NCBI RefSeq assembly: GCF_964204645.1
Contig: NC_134033.1
Location: 9,184,655-9,248,654 of the forward strand
Direction of reading: 5' to 3'
Length of the DNA: 64,000 bases
From: Tubulanus polymorphus
Lineage: Eukaryota; Animalia; Nemertea
The position numbers and the translations under genes are program-made. Positions 1-12,945 of this stretch are shown one piece after another (position 1 is the first letter of the stretch; every line of letters starts with the position of its first letter). The notes beneath the pieces are model-generated. The model was not told the DNA's origin and made no database searches. It worked only from the letters and a program-made list of their open reading frames with translations.

Positions 1-947
1 ATTTATGTTAGGACAACCAACATACACAACACATAAAAAAATTGTTAGAAAATATAAAACTCGTAAAACTATGGTAAGTTGTGTAGATCAACAGTGGCAA
101 GGAGATTTAATTGATATGAAAAATGTTAAGAAAGATAATGATGATTATTGGTGGTTATTGAATATAATTGATATTATTAGTCGTTATGTATGGAGCTTCC
201 CACTTTATAGAAAAGATACTGTACAAACATCAAATGTTTTAAGAAAATTTCTTTCGGATGATAAACTAAAACCAGAAAAAATACAATGGAAAAGAGTTTG
301 ATAATTCACTTGTTCATGAACTCTTAGAAAATCATAATATTAAATATTTTTCAACAAAATCGGATAAAAAAGCGGCAGTTGTTGAACGATTTAACAGAAC
401 ATTAAGAACAAGAATGTGGAAATATTTTACAGCAAATAATACTTTTAAATGGATTGATGTTTTACCAAAATTGATAGAAGGATATAACAATTCTTATCAT
501 TCTCCTATTGGAATAAAACCTATTGATGCTAGAAAACCTGAAAATGCTGAAATTGTTTGGAATAATTTATATGGAGCATTTCTTGTAGATGATTTTGGTG
601 AACCTAAATTAAAAGTTGGTCAAAATGTTTGAATTTCTAAGTATAAAAAGATATTTGACAAAGGATACGATCGAAATTTTACTAGGGAAATATATAAAAT
701 AAAAAAGGTAATAACAACAAAACCATATGTCTATAGATTAGAAGATTTAAATGGTGAAGAAGTTGATGGGTATTTTTATGAAGAAGAATTGAGTTTAACT
801 ACTGAAAATCTAGAACAAGAATATAAAATTGAAAAAGTATTAAAAACAAAAACTGTTAAAAGAAAAAAATATTCTTTAGTAAAATGGGTTGGATGGCCAG
901 ATAAATTTAATGAATGGATATTATCAAGTAAAATTAAAAATATATAA
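1..947 (+). pseudogene. int: Polinton retroviral-like (DDE) integrase with C-terminal chromodomain, disrupted
   Basis: WQGDLID, IIDIISRYVW, VVERFNRTL, MWKYFT and YKIEKVLK..VKWVGWPDKFNEWI motifs; frameshift near 290 and stop at 630; homologous to 59961-61050. Confidence 0.9.
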
Positions 948-1556
948 ATGAATAAGGAATTATTTATATTTGAACCTCATAATAGGTTAATTTCTGGTGT
1001 AACAAATTGTGGAAAAACTTATTTTATATTAAATTTATTAGAAACTGTTTATGAAAACTATTTTGATAATATAGTATTATTTTGTCCAACATGTGAATTT
1101 AATCAAACTTATGATAGAAATATTACTAGAAATAATAAATTTATTATATTAGATCCTAAAACAGTAAAAGAAAATTTAGATAATTGTATAAAAATAGCAA
1201 TTGATATTTATAAAGGATCAAATACATTATTTATCATAGATGATTGCGCAAATTTACATGATTCAAAAGTTAGAGAAAGTGAGTTATGCTATTTAGCTTT
1301 TTCTGGCAGACATTTTGGGATAACAACATGGGTTTTAAATCAAAAATATAATTCAATTGTTAAAGACTTTAGAGAAAACATTAGATTTCTAGTTTTATTC
1401 TACAATATGGATAGAAAATCGATGAAAAATGCACTTGAGGAAAATGATATTATTCCACATGATTTACATAATGAATATATGGATAAGTTGAAAAATATTA
1501 AAAGATCAAAATTACTATTTAGATTACAACACCCATTTAAATATGAATTTATTTAA
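948..1556 (+). CDS. A32/FtsK-like DNA packaging ATPase
   Basis: Walker A GVTNCGKT, Walker B FIIDD, GRH and NQ motifs; open ORF; close homolog of 59357-59968. Confidence 0.9.
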   Translation: MNKELFIFEPHNRLISGVTNCGKTYFILNLLETVYENYFDNIVLFCPTCEFNQTYDRNITRNNKFIILDPKTVKENLDNCIKIAIDIYKGSNTLFIIDDCANLHDSKVRESELCYLAFSGRHFGITTWVLNQKYNSIVKDFRENIRFLVLFYNMDRKSMKNALEENDIIPHDLHNEYMDKLKNIKRSKLLFRLQHPFKYEFI

Positions 1557-1715
1557 ATTCAACTAGCTTGTTAATCTAGTTGAATTCTAGTTACATTCTA
1601 GTTGAATTCTAGTTATTGGTAGTTGTAACAAAAATCAACTAGATTTAAAAATATTTTAACTAGCTTGTTAATCTAGTTGAATTCTAGTTGAATTCTAGTT
1701 GCAACATCACAACTA
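1553..1715. repeat. Cluster of short direct and inverted CTAGTTGAATT / AACTAG repeats right after the ATPase stop
   Basis: aactagcttgttaatctagttgaattctagtt occurs twice, with extra ctagttgaatt units. Confidence 0.8.
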
Positions 1716-1732
1716 ATTTTTTTGTTATATAA

Positions 1733-2230
1733 AAGGTAGGTGAAAAGAAAATAAAATCTAAAAATGGTGATGCTCCAATTGAAAAAACTTTAGATGATTT
1801 AGGAATAACAGAAAACAAATTAATTCCAGATGGTTGTGCTTTAAATAATGTTACAACAAATAATAATTATGAATATTATCTTTACTGTAAACATTTTTTT
1901 CGGTAAAAATTTAACTTATAATGAATTAGACACAATGAAATCAGATGAAATTATTAGATTATTTAAGATTTATGAAGCCGCGAGAACAGCTAGAATTAAT
2001 GACGCGATATCAGAAAATGTAGTAAAAGGTTATAGTAAATTATGTAATTATATACTACCAATTGAAGATGAAAATAGATTATATTCCGATTTAAAAAATG
2101 ATTATTTAGTTATGACTGAATTAAATAAATGGATTGGATATTTATCATTTCAATTAGTGGATTTATGACATTATTATCAACTGGGGTTATAACATTTTCA
2201 AATATTGAAAGTAAAAATATTTCTATAATA
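1733..2230 (+). pseudogene. Homolog of the 200-aa Polinton ORF 61415-62017, disrupted
   Basis: IEKTLDDLGI, ARINDAIS, PIEDENRLYSDLKNDYLVMTEL shared; presumed start codon reads AAG; frameshifts. Confidence 0.85.
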
Positions 2231-2231
2231 A

Positions 2232-2599
2232 ATGAGCGAGGTGGAAGAAGTGAAGGAATTAACTGTGAAGAAAAAACCGAGATCACAGAAACAAATTGAA
2301 TGGTCTCGGCAATAAGGAATTAAATCACAAGAATATAAAAAAGCTGTAAAAGAAAAAATAAGTAATAAAAATGTTAATAAAAATAGTGAAAATATTGTTA
2401 TTTCTACTCCTTCTAATGATAGAATATTTGATAAATATCTATATTTTACAGTTGGATTTGTAATTGTATTCATTTTGATTGGGTGTAATTGGTATAAGAA
2501 ATCAAATAAAATTCATGATATTAATAATTCTGAAACAACTGCTATTAAAAACGAAAATACTTCTGAAATTCCAAAATTGACAATAAAAAAATGGATTAA
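2232..2599 (+). pseudogene. Homolog of the 122-aa membrane ORF 61054-61422, disrupted
   Basis: KKKPRSQKQIEWSRQ* vs KKKARSEKQIKWAREL, hydrophobic segment, both end MD*; internal stop. Confidence 0.8.
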
Positions 2600-3489
2600 T
2601 ATTTTAGAAAAAAAGCAAAAAAATAATTGAATATCTCTCGTTTCTTATTATTAGTTTTTTCTTAAATTGAAAGATGGCAGCACTGGGTGGGGTGTGATGC
2701 TAAAATGAATATTTGAATTTGAATTTGAATTTGTTAATCAGTTAACATGGTAATCGATTACTAATTTGATTGAAAATTATATCATAATTAAGTTAAAAAT
2801 CCATAATTCATTTATCAGTTTTCATTCTTATATTCTATTCATTCGGAATAATTTATAATTTCAAATTTCATATATTTTTTTAGCACCAACAACAATTACT
2901 TAGGTGTTTTAGCTAAGTATATAAGGCAATTCATTCCAACACTGGAGTAGCTCTGGCCAGCAGAGGCATTTTGAAAATGCACCTTCGTCCACTCTCCGGG
3001 TTTCTCCTTCGGTTTCGAATTTCGAGATTGGTAGAAATTACATTAGGCGCCTTTAATATAATGTGATTTCTGCCAATCATTGAAGGAGATCCCGGTTGAC
3101 GTGGGTCGCGGGGGTGTAAGTAGAAATGACGGGGGATAAGCGTCCGGTGGCGCCTTTCAATAATGGGATGCTTATCCCCTGAAAACTCTGTAGGTCGAGG
3201 ATAGGGCAATTTTGCTAAAACTTACCTTAAAACCACCGAAATATTCCTTTAAATCACGAGAGAGAATGTATCCTGTGTGTGTTGTATGTACTGCGTGCTT
3301 ATTATATAACTGCTAGCTATCCAATATAACAACAACGTTGAATTGCAACACCTGTTTGATCGATCAATATTCAAATGAAGCACTCTCTTATAATAACATG
3401 TAACAGATGTTTGACTGTATGATTGTAGTTGTTCGTAAAACGACTAAGGTCATTTTGGATTCTAGATATTCATTATTTTTATTTTTTAT

Positions 3490-3815
3490 TTAATCAACAA
3501 TTTCTAAATCACGATGACCGTCTTCATTTTTCCCATGATAGATTATTTTAAATCCTTATAAATCTTTTAATTCCTCTGTACTCAAGGAAACCCATTTATC
3601 GGGTAAAAATACTTTAAATTCTCGCGATGTACTAACATTACAGTAGCTTAAATTCGCTGATACTTTCTCTCCATATTTAGTTTTTATCTTTTCTAATTTC
3701 AATATTTTATGTTCAATTTCTTTTGTAACATCAACTAACTTTTTTATTTCAAATTGTTTTTTGCTGGTTTAATTCTGTTATTTATTGTTGCTAAGAATGC
3801 TTTTCTATCTCCCAT
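3490..3815 (-). pseudogene. Homolog of the 113-aa ORF 50836-51177, disrupted
   Basis: Manual translation: KIKTKYGEKV..FKVFLPDKW..LSTEEL..YHGKNEDGHRDLE vs ITNKYGDKL..FRTYLPDRF..LSSEDL..YKGKNEKGHHEID; frameshift and stop; absent from the ORF track. Confidence 0.75.
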
Positions 3816-3879
3816 TTATTAGGAAAAAAAATTACTTGTGGTGATGAGTGGTGTTTAGTACTCTAGTACTCTGGTATGA

Positions 3880-5300
3880 AACCCACATCTTCCAATTACT
3901 TCGGCTTGCGACGGCAACCCGACGCCTACCGACTCGTCGCAAGCCGTATCCGGCTAGTTACCCATGTTCTACGGTAGGCGGACAGTTGCTTTCGATCGCA
4001 ACCAACATACGCTCATCTGCGACGCGACGGAACTGAGTGCAAGGGTTCCGGCCAATAAGAGACCACATATACACAGTACAAATTATGACCGCTAGTTAGA
4101 GCACACCAAAAGAAAACCCTGTTTCTCGGGCCCGACCGACCCGATATTTCCCCATTTCAAATAATCATTCTCAGAATAAAATAAACCCGGTTACCGACCC
4201 TCTTTCAATCAAAATTTTGGGTGAAATAACTTTTTTCAAAAATATATATGTGGCCGACCGACTACCAAACACTCCTTTCTTGTAAATATTTTTTTTTATC
4301 AAATCGTGACGTCGGCACTGGGATCAACATCATAAAAACATTCTAATATATCTGATTTAAAATTTGATCCTGGAAATGACGTAGCCATGCTCCGAGAACT
4401 TTGCTAATCGGACTTTGATGACCTTGGATTGTAAAATTCCAGGAATTCCGTGAAATATGTTTAAAATAAAGTTTTTTTTATAGTTAATTGTACAAACACC
4501 TCAATTTCCTTTTATTATTGTGGTTTACTAGCTGTTAATCATATTCCTGACTAAAAATTTAGTCCAATAAAAATTATTTACGGCAACCTACCCACTGATA
4601 GAAGAGTAAACGATATTTTTTTTCTACAAAAAATTAAAAAAAGTACCACCTACCCATATTGGTGATTGCCCCGCCCGAGAAACAGGATTTTTTTTGGTGT
4701 GAACTTTCAAATTCAAGTAGTTCAAAACGTAAACCAAACCTTCAGAACGGCAGTTGACTGGACCGAAGATCTAGAAGCGAAATTGTTAGAATTATGGTGT
4801 GAGCGGCCACCTTTATATGATGTCGCTAGCACATTATATTCAAGACAGAATCAGAAAGATAAAGATCTTAAAGAAATAGTTTTCTAATAGAAATATTATA
4901 TTTCCCAATTATTCAAAATAAATCAAATTTATTCTCAAAATGCTTATCACGTGACCATCTGAGCCGTTGCATGATCAAAAAGATAAAGATCTTTAAGAAA
5001 TAGCTCTTGTAATAGAATTATATTTCCCAATAATTCAAAATAAATCGAACTTATTCTCAAAATGCTTATCACGTGACCATCTGAGCCGTTGCAGTTGCCA
5101 GTTATCGTAACCGACATAAGCAGGGAAGCAACTGGGAGGATCTCGTATCCCGTAAGTCGGCCTCAGTTGCTGCGAATCAGAGCGTAGTCGACATAGGCTG
5201 GGCTGCGATCGCGGTTGCTCTCAGTTGCGTCGGTAGGCGTCGCGTTGCTTGGCGACATAAGCCAGCCTTGGTGACCGTGCAACTGAACATGTGTAGAGGT
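3880..5300. mobile_element. Degenerate PIF/Harbinger-type element with a MADF (Myb/SANT-like) remnant
   Basis: Inverted subterminal motifs gcaacccgacgcctaccgac / gtcggtaggcgtcgcgttgc; WTEDLEAKLLELWCERPPLYD at ~4760-4885; ~120-bp tandem duplication 4855-5093. Confidence 0.55.
4102..4701. mobile_element. MITE nested in the Harbinger-like remnant
   Basis: TIRs cacaccaaaa..cctgtttctcggg / cccgagaaacagg..ttttggtgtg; a related end recurs at ~9160-9215. Confidence 0.65.
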
Positions 5301-5537
5301 CCTGGGAGCTAAATTTGTGATGTCCCAGGGGATTTAAACCTCACATTATGAAGAGGTTTTTGAGATATGGCTAAAAGTATATTTTATCATCAATTATAAA
5401 TTATTTATTGATTTAGCGGTCAAGAAATTAATTTTTAATTTTTTTCCCTCTTTGTAAAAACCACGAGGAGGAGATGACTGATATAGGCATCGCAGATCTG
5501 TGGGTAGAGATATTTTTATCCAGTACTGGACCTTTAA

Positions 5538-6249
5538 AGCGTCTTGAAAACGTAAACTTGTTCGTGAATCCCAGCCCAGCCTGCGCCATCCCGGCCGTGT
5601 AATGGTAATGTGTGCTGCATACACACAGTCAGTATGTTGTACATACTACAACGATGAGGGTCACTGGGGAAAGCCAGTACTATATGCAGTGGAAAGCGAG
5701 TATCTCTTTGGTCTTACTAGGTATTAAATTCATAGAAATAGCGTCACTTGGGAGAATAAAAGGCTCTCAGATAATAAAAATATAAGTTTTGTGTATCTAA
5801 GTTCATGTGTGCCGTAATATTTGCGAGAATCCTGCTCTTAAAGTGTGAAGCTAGTATACATGGTGTTTTCGCTCTTACGGTCCTTCATCTTGGGGCCAAA
5901 TCTTTGGTTTCGGCCACCAAAATTTGTCGCTGCCTTTGTAGGAACAGTTCAAAGCTACACATAGCTAAGGCATTTCAAAAGACGGTAAAATTAGCACGAT
6001 ATTCAACGAAAATGAGCATTGTATTATAACGCTTCTGAGTGTGCTGCAGGCGATGTGTTTTCAGAATGACGTCATCAACATCACCGCCAAAACGCGCGCG
6101 TCATGTTGCTAGGGCCGTTGCTACGGGCTTTTCTCGAGTTTGGATAAAGGTATTTAAAAGATTTTTTCACGAGACTAATATAGATGCATACGGTGCATGT
6201 TTTATACGAAAAAAATTAGATTTAAACATTTTTTCTCTTCAAGACTCCT
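5538..6249. mobile_element. Possible Kolobok-type non-autonomous element
   Basis: TTAA flanks with imperfect ends agcgtcttgaa / ttcaagactcct. Confidence 0.45.
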
Positions 6250-6814
6250 TTAAAGTAGGTGTTAATACTTGATTTTTGGTTTACCTTTGTCAGCGATATG
6301 ATGTTGGCATTGAGCCAATTCATGTAAAATCGCGGTACGTTTTTTTATGTGAGCATTTGTTTCATTGGTTCTCGGCTTAAAAGACGTATAATCGATGCGA
6401 TTGAAGACATGGCGAACCTCCGTCGATGACATGGTCAACTGAGTTAAAATTCTACGAAAAACTGTTTTTGGCGGGAAAATTCTTAGCTCTCGCGTATAAA
6501 ATTGCAATGACCTCGATTGGGGGGGGGGGGGGGGCGTTGTCTCTACGAACAAATGGGATTGTTTTTTCGATATACGGGGAATTCCGGCGCTACTAAAATT
6601 ATGGGAAAGCCATAGAATGGTGTACGTTTCATTGGACTAGGTGCCGTATACGTGCCGATTTCAAATGCTCATTGCTGGTGAGGATGTAATTATTTCACTC
6701 ATCTGCCATAGGTATTGTTTCATTTTAATACCCGGTGATTGTTTTGATTGACATTGAGGTGTAAGCGAATATTCACTTACACGAGGCCTCCACATGCACG
6801 CGGAGTGCTACACC

Positions 6815-6841
6815 ACACACACACACACACACACACACACA
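6815..6841. repeat. (CA)n microsatellite
   Basis: Direct reading. Confidence 0.95.
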
Positions 6842-7165
6842 AGCTCGTACAGTACACTACGGTGATGCTGTAACGCGTGAACGTTTGATATGAAAATAGG
6901 CTGAATAATCATAGCAGAAGATGAGCGCTGTGTTTTCTGTTCGATAGAATTTGTAATAAATTGTAATTTCTTGTGACCTGAAAATACTAAGCAGCAAACT
7001 AAAAGGTCTGTCGAGGTCTGAATATTGTAGTGGTAAATTCCAGGACTTAAACGATCTAATAGCCGATTTCTTCTGTACCACCGATATTTTAGCTTCCGTG
7101 GCCAACATTGGAAGAGGTTTCCAAGACCCAATATTCAGCCACCCTCTGATATGTGATGAATTTTA

Positions 7166-7733
7166 GGCCATCCCAAAATAATGGTCTGTTTGCCGTAACC
7201 CGACCAACCTGACTTCAGAGGTACCGAGTGAAAACTTTTTTCTAGGATTCATTGAAATAAATTTTATTTTTGATAAAAACAGCCGACCGACTATGAGCTA
7301 CGTATGTTTGAATTCTAGTGTGCATGGTGTGAAAACATGCCTTGACATGTGGCCTAGTTTAAGTTTCCAGGAAACTGGCAGTGTTCCAATAAGCTGCCAT
7401 TCATTCTAATAGTGACTAAAGTGACTGAATAGCTGGTAACGTGAAAGCGCGCACATATTCAATGTACCGTTTCATTTTTAAGACAGAGATGACGCTCTGG
7501 ACGAAGTTATAATTTTAGAATAATTCTTGAAATCTACGCTATTAGACAAATTTCCTGTGCGCAACGTAGATGATTTTTTGCGATATTGTTTCCATGTAAA
7601 AAAGCCCAAAGGTGAAAAATTTGTTTTTTTTTTGCCCAAAAATTTTGCAAAAAAAAAATTCTACCTACCTACCGACTCATCCTGAAAAGTTGAGTCGGTG
7701 TTGCAGCAAACAGACAATTATTTTGGGATGGCC
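7166..7733. mobile_element. MITE with GG termini and TTA target duplication (Harbinger/Zator-like)
   Basis: TIR ggccatcccaaaataat / attattttgggatggcc, TTA on both sides. Confidence 0.8.
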
Positions 7734-9359
7734 TTATTTGAATATTTTTTCATATTATATTAAACATATTTTTTTGAAAATATAAAATAGTTTCCCTGCC
7801 GTGCCTACCTGTACCCTACAAACTTTTAGACGTGGACCGCAAACAAATGTATATCTTTGGTCTTATTTGACTACAAAATAATTCTTTAGGAAAGATAAAA
7901 TACAATATAAACTGTGGATCTTTGAAGTCACGAATTAAAAAGATTTTTCAAGCAATGCCCTTACTCCAAACAACCTCTAGCTTTCAAGGTAAACCACACT
8001 TTGCCCATGGGCAATTTATTACCACTTACAACTGAGATAAACTAATAATGTTAATAGATAAACTGCCCACTCCGTGTTGGTGTTAACTACTGTTAGTGTG
8101 ATCAACGGTGTTAGTGTAAGTGTCACCCGAACACCGGTGCCGGTGTTACTAAAACTATGCACTCATGATAAATGATCACTAGGGGCGATATCTGTGTATT
8201 CAATCACATGTCGATGAGTGTAGGCAATAACTAGAAAATAATGTATATGGAACATATAGAAACGCATATGGAACGTAAAATGGTCTGTTTTCTCGGGTGC
8301 ATATGTCTTCGTTTTAGTAGTGCTTTGTTTTAGTACCAGTAACACCCACACTTTTGCAAAGTGTTCCTTTTCAAGTTGTTGCTGGTACATGCATTTTGAA
8401 TCTTAGAGGGCCAAATCTTGTTCGTTGAGCTGCCAGCACAGAGTGACCAGAGATAAACTTAAGATTGTTAGAACTTCACTGTTGAGTTTCACAACCACAG
8501 GGTCATGAATGGATTACAAGGTGCCTCCTTTCTATCCTCACAGAGATGAGTGGACATTTTTTACAACAGTGTTAACACGAACACCAGTTTTCGTGTTGGC
8601 ACAACCCCCGTTGCGAAGAAAGGCTTGATTCTAACACTAACACCAACACCGACTTTAAAATCGCCCAATGCTTTCTTTTATTCACAAGATAAGGAACGTG
8701 TACACTAATTGACGGATTCCAGATTCGGACCCACTTAGCAGGGGAGGCTCGTCACACGTATATTCCTACAAATAATGTTATGCTTTCAAGTGTACGTGCT
8801 CTTTAAAATTGATACCTTGTTTCTCATCCAAACCTCTTCTAGAGATGACGAGGGCAGGGGGATTGTTTGTTTATGGGCTCGATAAAAGGCGAAATGGATA
8901 ACATCGAGCGCACGTGGGATGTTTTTATCTTAAAAAGAAAGAGACGACCGTAGCAATCTTTTACGGACATCATTTTCTTTATTTTGGCTATCATGAGTGG
9001 CGTACGCGATCTGATGAGAAACAAAGTATCAACTTTGAAGGGCCTAATCATAATTTTAATTGGAAATGTTGTCCTGTATTTAGTCAAACATTTTTGTCGA
9101 CCTACTCGCTGAGGAGAACCCAAAAATGTTTTTTTTTTCTATAAAAAGAAAAAAAAACCTACCTACCTACCCGGTGATTGTTCTGCCCGAGAAACTGGGT
9201 TCTTTTTGGTGTGACCTGAAATAAATGTATTTTTCGAAGTAGTTATACACGTAAGAACTGATGGCGGCACTGCAGCTTGAGTTATGAATACGACGATAGA
9301 ATTCTTATTAGGGACATACTATCGCAATGGGACATATCAGGGACCTTTATGGACATATT

Positions 9360-9825
9360 ATGGCGCAAAAACGAAATACTATAGAGCAAAAACGAAAATA
9401 TTTGTTTTTGCTCTATGATTTTTCGGTACATATGAAAATGACTCAATGGTCATATGAAAGTAACTCAATAGAGCAAACACAAAATTTCGTTTTTGCTAGG
9501 GCGCAAAAACCAATATTATGGAGCAAAAACGAAACATCATAGAGCATAAACGAATATTTTCGTTTTGCTCTATAATATTTCGGTTTTGCGCGTTGAAATT
9601 CGATTTTGCGGGGTAGCAAAAACGAAAGTTCGTTTTTGCTACCCCGCAAAAACGAATTTTATGGTGCAAAAAAAAGAAAAATCATAGAACAAAAACGAAT
9701 ATTTTCATTTTTGCTCTATAGTATTTCGTTTTTGCGCCCTAGCAAAAACGAAAAGTTGGTTTTTGTGCTGTAGCAAAAACGAAGTTTTCGTTATTGCTCT
9801 ATAGGTTTCGTTTTGCGTTTTTCTA
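9360..9825. repeat. Array of direct and inverted GCAAAAACGAA motifs (foldback-like)
   Basis: Many gcaaaaacgaa / ttcgtttttgc units in both orientations. Confidence 0.7.
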
Positions 9826-11753
9826 TAATCGAGGTCGTGTAAAAATTAATGCATTTGGCCCTTATCAGCCACCATACTTTAACGGGTGAATATGCTTCTG
9901 AATTTTTATTTCTTTGGATAATTTTTCCTGTGAATCAAATTTTTAGTAATTGGCATTTTGAATGCAATGAATATGCTCATAGAGGCGCAAAGTGGGTTCG
10001 CGTGTGTTTCTAATCCTGAAAAAGGGCACTGAAATGTGGTATACATGCGGCTTTAACGAGAAGACACGAGTTAGTTTCAGAGTTTTGCATACAGCTTAAG
10101 ATTTTCTGCGTGTATGACTACTGTTGATTCCTGATAAACGAGGAATATGCAGAAAATAGGAAAATCCATCCGTACTAATTTCATCTGAATGTATTTTTTA
10201 CAGTAATTTTGACCCATTTAAGGAAATTTTTCGCGAAAATGAACATCGCTTTAGAATGGCGCCTATATGGTTCTACATGTATTACACTGACGTGACAAAG
10301 TATGAAGTTGCTATGAATTGTATCGAATGTGCCTTTTTTCTGAATGGTGCCCCTCAAGACACTGGGAACCCAGCCCTTTCAACCACTGCATCCGCCTTAA
10401 TTTTCTAAAAGCGAGGCGCGGAACAGCGTGTCTCGAGTATTTGCGGAGCAGGCGCCTACTATTTATATATTAAGGCTATGAATTTGAAATTACAACTCGA
10501 GAGACAAACACAAGAACGACTGAGTATATTACTGTTAATGCGGTTAACCTAGGATACATAGATGCCAATATATATATACCTACGCTATAAATACAGCACA
10601 CTTATTGATTCAAACGAGGAAATCAATAGCAATTTAGGATTTACATGTAGGTCTTTATCCGCTGGCTATGTTACGGGTGTTAAAAGAGTTAAAAGTTCCG
10701 GCTGACGTGCGAAGCGGGTTGATCGGCTTGTCTTCAACAAAACGCAATAACGAGAGTAGAATTGAGCGAGAAATTCATCTGCCGCTTTAGTTAGATCTGT
10801 GGCCCTGGCACCGGTGTCAAATTCTTTGGTCCGCTTAGATTCGTAAACTGTCGCTAATTTCTAACTGTCTTGCAATTTATTCTGAGCTGATTTAGGCTTA
10901 CAGGGGTGAAAATCTTCCGTCCAAAGACGGATTTCCGACCTTTCAGTTTCACTTCCATCATTCTTGAAAACAGTGTAAATCCGGGTCACAAAGAGATATC
11001 GGTAGATCACAGCGGCCGTAAAAGCGCTGCGGTATAGGCGTTCATTGCGTGTTTTCCCGATTTCCATTCAAGAAGACAGTACAAATTGAATCAATAATTG
11101 TATCTATTTGAATTGTTAACATTGTTGATTATACGCACAGCACAGAAAAAGCCGATCGCGGATGCAGAACCGGCCCATGTATCTGCTATCTGGCCGGGGT
11201 CGGGTTTTAGACTTGTGGCTGCGTCTGGGACTGTGACCGTGTTTCAGATGCTACCGGCGCAATTCAATTCAATAGTTGATTTTTTGGCTCAATTTCGCAG
11301 AAATTGTGTCAATTAATGGTAAATTTTCTAAACACGTGGGGACAACCCCTCAAGCTCCCCGCTTGGGACCTCCGGTCGCTCGGGCAACAGCGCTGCGCGT
11401 CATTGCTGGTCGTTGCGAGCTCTAGTTTCTTTTTCCGACCTTTTGGAATTGCCCGTTTTCCTGAGGCTAGTATCTGTGCAAGTCTAACTTCTCCGTTTGG
11501 TGGCAGTGGTGAGTAGAATTAGAAACAGACTTCAACTACCAGGTAACTGTTGACGTCATTACGAGGTTCCATGAGATATTCAAAGTTTTGACAAATGAGT
11601 AAACCATACTAGAAAAAACAAATAAAACAGATCTAAAAATTACCAAAACATAACTTCCTAGATTACAATCATTAATAAAAACTCGACAAACAAAAGATTC
11701 TTCAGAATTCAGCAACCCGACCTCAGGGTTCATGACGAAACATATTTACAACT

Positions 11754-11897
11754 CAGGGGCCAGTTGCACAGTCGTGACCTAAGTCCAAAAGTGGTCTTAA
11801 ATCTTAATACTGGTCTTAAGTTGTTAGATTAGCTATAGAACTGAGTTGGTCTTAAGCTGGTCTTAAGTCTTAGCCATGACTATGCAACTGGCCCCTG
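11754..11897. mobile_element. Harbinger-like palindromic MITE, copy 1
   Basis: caggggccagttgcacagtc...gactatgcaactggcccctg; second copy at 43611-43747. Confidence 0.85.
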
Positions 11898-12124
11898 TAA
11901 CGAAAAATACCACCTAAAACCACGAACAAACTAATACAAACTTGCTAATTTTCAATACCATCAAATTCTATCTGCCAAACTCAAGTAGTACCAAGTTTTC
12001 TTAAAATAATTACCAGGCCTTTTAACACTTTTTTCACCACAGAGTTTTCACACTCTAATCCATATAATAGGCCTAACAGTATTTGTATATATACAGTAAT
12101 ATTCAAATTCAAATTACATTGCGT

Positions 12125-12945
12125 TCACTTTTCGTCCGTCCGTTCGTCCGTAGACGGAATCCAGTTATTTTTGGAAGTTTGAAGACGCTTCAATGTTATG
12201 TCTTCATATTTAAGTTACACGTGTATCTACCCTAGACACTTCTCCAGCCGAAAACCTGGCCCTGTCCGATTCATGGCTGACTGGCAACCATTGTTGTTCG
12301 CCAAAATCAGCACATTTTATACATATTCAAGTTTTCGAGGGAAATTTTGAAGATGTTATGATCAATTATCTTGATCTTTCGTATGTATTTGTATCCCCGA
12401 GGGCCCATCGGTAAGGAAATTGGGTCAATCGGACTCAAGATGGCCGTCTTGTTTTTTGTGCCCAAATTCTGAGTCCTGTACCTGTATCGTCCTACTGGTT
12501 TACATTTTTCATGAAAATTTGTGGTGGCTATTCTATGGAAAGGGATCTTCAATAACTGGTCACCAGGGGGCGTTGGGTAGTATAATAACTTAGTATTTCC
12601 TTATTATATTGGTACTTAGGCATTTTTTGTTACCATTGTTAATCAATTGCTAAATTGTAGCTCATGGCATGTTATATGATTGTGGTGAGTTTCAAGGTCA
12701 TTGCGTTTTGTATATGGTCACCAGGGGACGTTGAATATTAGAATAACTTAGTATTCCCATATTATATTGGTACTGAGGCATATATTGTTAACACAACCAT
12801 TTGCAAATTGTTGCTGTGGCATGCTCTTTCAAGGTCATTGGTTTTTGTATATGGTCACCAAGGGCGTTGAATATTGAAATTGTTAGATTGTTGAGTATTT
12901 GAAACCATTTTCCAAGTAGGCACAGTGTCCCTGGACCCCTAGTTC
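12125..12945 (+). mobile_element. Probable Helentron-type (HINE) remnant of a second family
   Basis: (cgtc)n microsatellite near the 5' side and ~140-160-bp tandem units starting ggtcaccag/ggtcaccaa at ~12558, 12716 and 12853. Confidence 0.45.

Larger units (their letters stand above)
1..3835. mobile_element. Decayed Polinton/Maverick-like virus relic (element 1); left end outside the window
   Basis: AT-rich block with integrase, ATPase and three further pseudogenes homologous to genes of the element at 46.5-63.8 kb; 2930-3480 may be unrelated intervening DNA. Confidence 0.85.

Noticed and set aside
2880-2900. ..caacaattact as the right terminus (AGTAAT) of element 1
   Set aside because: Only a 6-bp match, no partner TIR in the window, and another Polinton gene remnant lies beyond it
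10700-11520. Possible host exons
   Set aside because: Short frames with stops and no recognisable domain or splice pattern
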